Below, piece by piece: positions 57,083 to 64,000 of a stretch of 64,000 nt of DNA. The notes beneath the pieces were generated by a model. It saw nothing but the letters and a program-made list of their open reading frames with translations. It searched no databases and was not told the DNA's origin. The DNA is from the human T2T-CHM13v2.0 reference genome, Homo sapiens. The stretch lies in the NCBI RefSeq assembly GCF_009914755.1, contig NC_060925.1, one strand, 5' to 3'. A program made the translations under genes and the position numbers. Each line of letters starts with the position of its first letter. Positions within the stretch are counted from its first letter, which is position 1.

Positions 57083-58479
57083 ATGGAATCGTCATCGAAT
57101 GAATTGAATGCAATCATCGAATGGTCTCGAATGGAATCATCTTCAAATGGAATGGAATGGAATCATCGCATAGAATCGAATGGAATTATCATCGAATGGA
57201 ATCGAATGGAATCAACATCTAACGGAAAAAAACGGAATTATCGAATGGAATCGAAGAGAATCATCGAATGGACCCGAATGGAATCATCTAATGGAATGGA
57301 ATGGAATAATCCATGGACTCGAATGCAATCATCATCGAATGGAATCGAATGGAATCATCGAATGGACTCGAATGGAATAATCATTGAACGGAATCGAATG
57401 GAATCATCATCGGATGGAAATGAAAGGAGTCATCATCTAATGGAATTGCATGGAATCATCATAAAATGGAATCGAGTGGAATCAACATCAAATGGAATCA
57501 AATGGAATCATTGAACGGAATTGAATGGAATCGTCATCGAATGAATTGAATGCAATCATCGAATGGTCTCGAATGGAATCATCTTCAAATGGAATGGAAT
57601 GGAATCATCGCATAGAATCGAATGGAATTATCATCGAATGGAATCGAATGGAATCAAAATCAAACGGAAAAATACGGAATTATCGAATGGAATCGAAGAG
57701 AATCATCGAATGGACCCGAATGGAATCATCTAATGGAATGGAATGGAATAATCCATGGACTCGAATGCAATCATCATCGAATGGAATCGAATGGAATCAT
57801 CCAATGGACTCGAATGGAATAATCATTGAACGGAATCGAATGGAATCATCATCGGATGGAAATGAATGGAATCATCATCGAATGGAATCGAATAGAATTA
57901 TGGAATGAAATCCAGTGTGATCATCATCGAATGGACCCGAATGGAATCATCATCCAACGGATGCTAATGGAATCAACATCGAATGAATCAAATGGAAACA
58001 CCATCGAATTGAAACGAATGGAATTACCATGAAATTGAAATGGATGGACTCATCATCGAATGGATTCGAAAGGAATCATCGAATAAAATTGATTGAAATC
58101 ATCATCGAATGGAATCGAATGGTATCATTGAATGGAATCGAATGGAATCATCATCAGATGGAAATGAATGGAATCGTCATAGAATGGAATCGAATGGATT
58201 CATTGAATGGAATCAGATGGAATCATCGAATGGACTGGAATGGAATCATTGAATGGACTCGAAAGAGATCATGATTGAATGGAATTGAATGGAATCATCG
58301 AATGGTCTCGATTGGAATCATTATCAAATGGAATCGAATGGAATCACCGAATAGAATCGAATGGAACAATCATCGAATGGACTCAAATGGAATTATCCTC
58401 AAATGGAATCGAATGGAATTATCGAATGCAATCGAATGGAATTATCGAATGCAATCGAATAGAATCATCGAATGGACTC

Positions 58480-61400
58480 GAATGGATTCATCGAATGGAA
58501 TGGAATGGAAAAGTCAATGAACACGAATGGAATCATCACTGAATGGAATCGAATGGAATCATCGAGTGGAATCGAATGGAATTATGATCAAATGGAATCG
58601 AATGTAATCATCATCAAATGGAATCAAAAATAACCATCATCAATTGGTATTGAATGGAATTGTTATCAAATGGAATTCAAAGGAATCATCATCAAATGGA
58701 ACTGAATGGAATCCTCATTGAATGGAAATGAAAGGGGTCATCATCTAATGGAATAGCATGGAATAATCATCAAATGGAATCGAATGGAATCATCATCAAA
58801 TGGAATCTAATGGAATCATTGAAAAGAATTGAATGGAATCATCATCGAATGAATTGAATGCAATCATCGAATGGTCTCGAATGGAATCATCTTCTAATGG
58901 AAAGGAATGGAATCATCGCATAGAATCGAATGGAATTAACATTGAATGGACTCGAATGGAATCAACATCAAATGGAATCAAGCGGAATTATCGAATGAAA
59001 TCGAAGAGAATCATCGAATGGACTCGAATGGAATCATCTAGTGGAATGGAATGGAATAATCCACGGACTCGAATGCAATCATCATCGAATGGAATCGAAT
59101 GGAATCATCGAATGGACTCGAATGGAATAATCATTGAACGGAATCGAATGGAATCATCATCGGATGGAAACGAATGGAATCATCATCGGATGGGAATGAA
59201 AGGAGTCATCATCTAATGGAATTGCATGGAATCATCATAAAATGGAATCGAATGGAATCAACATCAAATGGAATCAAATGGAATCATTGAACGGAATTGA
59301 ATGGAATCGTCATCGAATGAATTGAATGCAATCATCGAATGGTCTCGAATGGAATCATCTTCAAATGGAATGGAATGGAATCATTGCATAGAATCGAATG
59401 GAATTATCATCGAATGGAATCGAATGGTATCAACATCAAACGGAAAAAAACGGAATTATCGAATGGAATCGAAGAGAATCTTCGAACGTACCCGAATGGA
59501 ATCATCTAATGGAGTGGAATGGAATAATCCATGGACTCGAATGCAATCATCATCGAATGGAATCGAATGGAATCATCGAATGGTCTCGAATGGAATAATC
59601 ATTGAACGGAATTGAATGGAATCATCATCGGATGGAAATGAATGGAATGATCATCGAATGGAATCGAATAGAATTATGGAATGAAATCCAGTGTGATCAT
59701 CATCGAATGGACCCGAATGGAATCATCATCCAACGGAAGCTAATGGAATCAACATCGAATGAATCGAATGGAAACACCATCGAATTGAAACGAATGGAAT
59801 TATCATGAAATTGAAATGGATGGACCCATCATCGAATGGATTCGAATGGAATCATCGAATAAAATTGATTGAAATCATCATCAAATGGAATCGAATGGTG
59901 TCATTGAATGGGATCGAATGGAATCATCGTCAGATGGAAATGAATGGAATCGTCATAGAATGGAATCGAATGGATTCATTGAATGGAATCAGATGGAATC
60001 ATCGAATGGACTGGAATGGAATCATTCAATGGACTCGAATGGAATCATTATTGAATGGAATTGAATGGAATCATCGAATGGTCTCGATTGGAATCATTAT
60101 CTCATGGAATCGAATGGAATCACCGAATAGAATCGAATGGAACAATCATCGAATTGACTCAAATGGAATTATCCTCAAATGGAATCGAATGGAATTATCG
60201 AATGCAATCGAATGGAATTATCGAATGCAATCGAATAGAATCATCGAATGGACTCGAATGGAATCATCGAATGGAATGGAATGGAACAGTCAATGAACTC
60301 GAATGGAATCATCATTGAATGGAATCGAATGGAATCATCGAGTGGAATCGAATGTAATCATCATCAAATGGAATCAAAAATAACCATCATCAAATGGAAT
60401 CAAAAATAACCATCATCAATTGGTATTGAATGGAATTCTCATCAAATGGAATTCAAAGGAATCATCATCAAATGGAACCGAATGGAATCCTCATTGAATG
60501 GAAATGAAAGGGGTCATCATCTAATGGAATCGCATGGAATCATCATAAAATGGAATCGAATGGAATCAACATCAAATGGAATCAAATGGAATCATTGAAC
60601 GGAATTGAATGGAATCGTCATCGAATGAATTGAATGCAATCATCGAATGGTCTCGAATGGAATCATCTTCAAATGGAATGGAATGGAATCATCGCATAGA
60701 ATCGAATGGAATTATCATCGAATGGAATCGAATGGAATCAACATCAAACGGAAAAAAACCGAATTATCGAATGGAATCGAAGAGAATCATCGAATTGACC
60801 CGAATGGAATCATCTAATGGAATGGAATGGAATAATCCATGGACTCGAATGCAATCATCATCGAATGGAATCGAATGGAATCATCGAATGGACTCGAATG
60901 GAATAATCATTGAACGGAATCGAATGGAATCATCATCGGATGGAAATGAATGGAATCATCATCGAATGGAATCGAATAGAATTATGGAATGAAATCCAGT
61001 GTGATCATCATCGAATGGACCCGAATGGAATCATCATCTATCGGAAGCAAATGGAATCAACATCGAATGAATCGAATGGAAACACCATCGAATTGAAACG
61101 AATGGAATTATCATGAAATTGAAATGGATGGACTCATCATCGAATGGATTCGAATGGAATCATCGAATAAAATTGATTGAAATCATCATCAAATGGAATC
61201 GAATGGTATCATTGAATGGAATCGAATGGAATCATCATCAGATGGAAATGAATGGAATCGTCATAGAATGGAATCGAATGGATTCATTGAATGGAATCAG
61301 ATGGAATCATCGAATGGACTGGAATGGAATCATTGAATGGACTCGAAAGGGATCATGATTGAATGGAATTGAATGGAATCATCGAATGGTCTCGATTGGA

Positions 61401-63685
61401 ATCATTATCAAATGGAATCGAATGGAATCACCGAATAGAATCGAATGGAACAATCATCGAATGGACTCAAATGGAATTATCCTCCAATGGAATCGAATGG
61501 AATAATCGAATGCAATCGAATGGAATTATCGAATGCAATCGAATAGAATCACCGAATGGACTCGAATGGTATCATCGAGTGGAATCGAATGGAATTATGA
61601 TCAAATGGAATCGAATGTAATCATCATCAAATGGAATCAAAAATAACCATCATCAATTGGTATTGAATGGAATTGTTATCAAATGGAATTCAAAGAAAAC
61701 ATCATCAAATGGAACTGAATGGAATCCTCATTGAATGGAAATGAAAGGGGTCATCATCTAATGGAATAGCATGGAATAATCATCAAATGGAATCGAATGA
61801 AATCATCATCAAATTGAATCTAATGGAAACATTGAACAGAATTGAATGGAATCGTCATCGAATGAATTGAATGCAATCATCGAATGGTCTCGAATGGAAT
61901 CATCTTCTAATGGAAAGGAATGGAATCATCGCATAGAATCAAATGGAATTAACATTGAATGGAATCGAATGGAATCAACATCAAATGGAATCAAGCGGAA
62001 TTATCGAACGAAATCGAAGAGAATCATCGAATGGACTCGAATGGAATCATCTAATGGAATGGAATGGAATAATCCACGGACTCGAATGCAATCATCATCG
62101 TATAGAATCGAATGGAATCATCGAATGGACTCGAATGGAATAACCATTGAACGGAATCGAATGGAATCATCATCGGATGGAAACGAATGGAATCATCATC
62201 GAATGGAAATGAAAGGAGTCATCATCTAATGGAATTGCATGGAATCATCATAAAATGTAATCGAATGGAATCATCATCAAATGGAATCAAATGGAAGCAT
62301 TGAACGGAATTGAATGGAATCGTCATCGAATGAATTGAATGCAATCATCGAATGGTCTCGAATGGAATCATCTTCAAATGGAATGGAATGGAATCATCGC
62401 ATAGAATCGAATGGAATTATCATCGAATGGAATCGAATGGAATCAACATCAAACGGAAAAAAACGGAATTATCGAATGGAATCGAAGAGAATCATCGAAT
62501 GGACCCGAATGGAATCATCTAATGGAATGGAATGGAATAATCCATGGACTCGAATGCAATCATCATCGAGTGGAATCGAATGGAATCATCGAATGGACTC
62601 GAATGGAATAATCATTGAACGGAATCGAATGGAATCATCATCGGATGGAAATGAAAGGAGTCATCATCTAATGGAATTGCATGGAATCATCATAAAATGG
62701 AATCGAATGGAATCAACATCAAATGGAATCAAATGGAATCATTGAACGGAATTGAATGGAATCGTCATCGAATGAATTGAATGCAATCATCGAATGGTCT
62801 CGAATGGAATCATCTTCAAATGGAATGGAATGGAATCATCGCATAGAATCGAATGGAATTATCATCGAATGGAATCGAATGGAATCAACATCAAACGGAA
62901 AAAAACGGAATTATCGAATGGAATCGAAGAGAATCATCGAATGGACCCGAATGGAATCATCTAATGGAATGGAATGGAATAATCCATGGACTCGAAAGCA
63001 ATCATCATCGAATGGAATCGAATGGAATCATCATCAAATGGAATCTGATGGAATCATTGAACAGAATTGAATGGAATCGTCATCGAATGAATTGAATGCA
63101 ATCATCGAATGGTCTCGAATGTAATCACATTCTAATGGAAAGGAATGGAATCATCGCATAGAATCGAATGGAATTAACATTGAATGGACTCGAATGGAAT
63201 CAACATCAAACGGAATCAAGCGGAATTATCGAATGGAATCGAAGAGAATCATCGAATGGTCTCGAATGGAATCATCTTCTAATGGAAAGGAATGGAATCA
63301 TCGCATAGAATCGAATGGAATTAACATTGAATGGACTCGAATGGAATCAACATCAAATGGAATCAAGCGGAATTATCGAATGAAATCGAAGAGAATCATC
63401 GAATGGACTCGAATGGAATCATCTAATGGAATGGAATGGAATAATCCACGGACTCGAATGCAATCATCATCGTATAGAATCGAATGGAATCATCGAAAGG
63501 ACTCGAATGGAATAACCATTGAACGGAATCGAATGGAATCATCATCGGATGGAAACGAATGGAATCATCATCGAATGGAAATGAAAGGAGTCATCATCTA
63601 ATGGAATTGCATGGAATCATCATCAAATGGAATCGAATGGAATCATCATCAAATGGAATCAAATGGAATCATTGAACGGAATTGA
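58480..63685. repeat. Irregular, more diverged HSat2 tract containing a distinct variant class and rearranged modules (1237, 442, 315 and 615 bp)
   Basis: Motifs seen only here: aattaacattg, ggaatcaagcgg, taatccacgg, tcgtatagaatc, gaatagcatggaataat and ggaactgaatgg. Anchors at 58833, 59301, 60609, 61846, 62314, 62756, 63071 and 63686. Confidence 0.85.
63101..63394. repeat. 147-bp tandem duplication inside an S-type module
   Basis: The segment atcatcgaatggtctcgaatg...tctaatggaaagg...aattaacattg...caagcgg...gaagaga starts at 63101 and again at 63248. Module length is 615=468+147. Confidence 0.88.
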
Positions 63686-64000
63686 ATGGAATCGTCATCG
63701 AATGAATTGAATGCAATCATCGAATGGTCTCGAATGGAATCATCTTCAAATGGAATGGAATGGAATCATCGCATAGAATCGAATGGAATTATCATCGAAT
63801 GGAATCGAATGGTATCAACATCAAACGGAAAAAAACGGAATTATCGAATGGAACCAAAGAGAATCTTCGAACGGACCCGAATGGAATCATCTAATGGAAT
63901 GGAATGGAATAATCCATGGACTCGAATGCAATCATCATCGAATGGAATCGAATGGAATCATTGAAAGGACTCGTATGGAATAATCATTGAACGGAATCGA

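Larger units (their letters stand above)
1..64000. repeat. Human satellite 2 (HSat2/HSATII) tandem array, ~1.77-kb-unit type (probably HSat2A2, 1q12 pericentromeric heterochromatin)
   Basis: The entire window consists of gaatg/gaatc/atc elements with the HSat2-diagnostic gaatcgaatg (reverse complement CATTCGATTC) and very dense TaqI tcga sites, unlike the purer (CATTC)n of HSat3. Anchor spacing is 468+1308=1776 bp, and EcoRI sites at 4694 and 6470 are 1776 bp apart. The chromosome assignment is inferred from unit length only. Confidence 0.97.

Noticed and set aside
63101-63394. 147-bp duplication matching nucleosome core length
   Set aside because: It is a single occurrence, adequately explained by monomer spacing and flanking microhomology, so the match is probably coincidence.
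17-63983. Numerous short + strand ORFs (MESSSNEL..., MELSSNGIEW..., MKLKWMD...)
   Set aside because: They are translations of gaatg/gaatc repeats (MEWN/GIE/RME words in all three frames). They overlap in several frames, gain stops and frameshifts freely between copies, and show no recognisable domain. They were used only as coordinate anchors.
1-64000. CRISPR-like repeat/spacer array or an operon-like prokaryotic system
   Set aside because: There are no unique spacers, no leader and no genes; all intervening sequence is itself satellite and recurs every unit.
1-64000. HSat3, telomeric or alpha-satellite identity
   Set aside because: Perfect (GGAAT)n runs are only about three copies long and atcatcga/gaatcgaatg dominate, which indicates HSat2. 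There is no TTAGGG array, 171-bp period or CENP-B box.
1-64000. Inversion breakpoint or embedded L1/Alu/LTR insertion
   Set aside because: The GAATG orientation is constant, and module lengths account exactly for 17..63685, leaving no room for foreign sequence.

Overview
The whole 64 kb window is one uninterrupted tandem array of classical human satellite 2 (HSat2/HSATII): diverged GAATG/CATTC pentamers grouped into 23/26-bp monomers such as gaatggaatcatcatcgaatggaatc. The purine-rich strand is on + throughout, with no inversion, transposon or unique sequence. The canonical period is 1776 bp with one EcoRI site per unit, matching the ~1.77-kb unit of the chromosome 1q12 array (HSat2A2/D1Z1, pUC1.77); that location is an inference. 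None of the listed ORFs is a credible gene, and I found no gene-based biological system. I used the recurring 'MESSSNEL' ORF starts only as positional anchors. They parse the array into 36 long modules (L, ~1308 bp), 30 short modules (S, 468 bp), four 442-bp modules, one 315-bp module and one 615-bp module; these lengths sum exactly to the span 17..63685. The notable structure is in how the modules are arranged: a 7545-bp higher-order repeat in ~2.6 copies, an S-less 1308-bp run, a rearranged duplication at ~35 kb distance, a length-neutral 26-bp register shift linked to S-less junctions, and a diverged variant class appearing in the last 5.5 kb.
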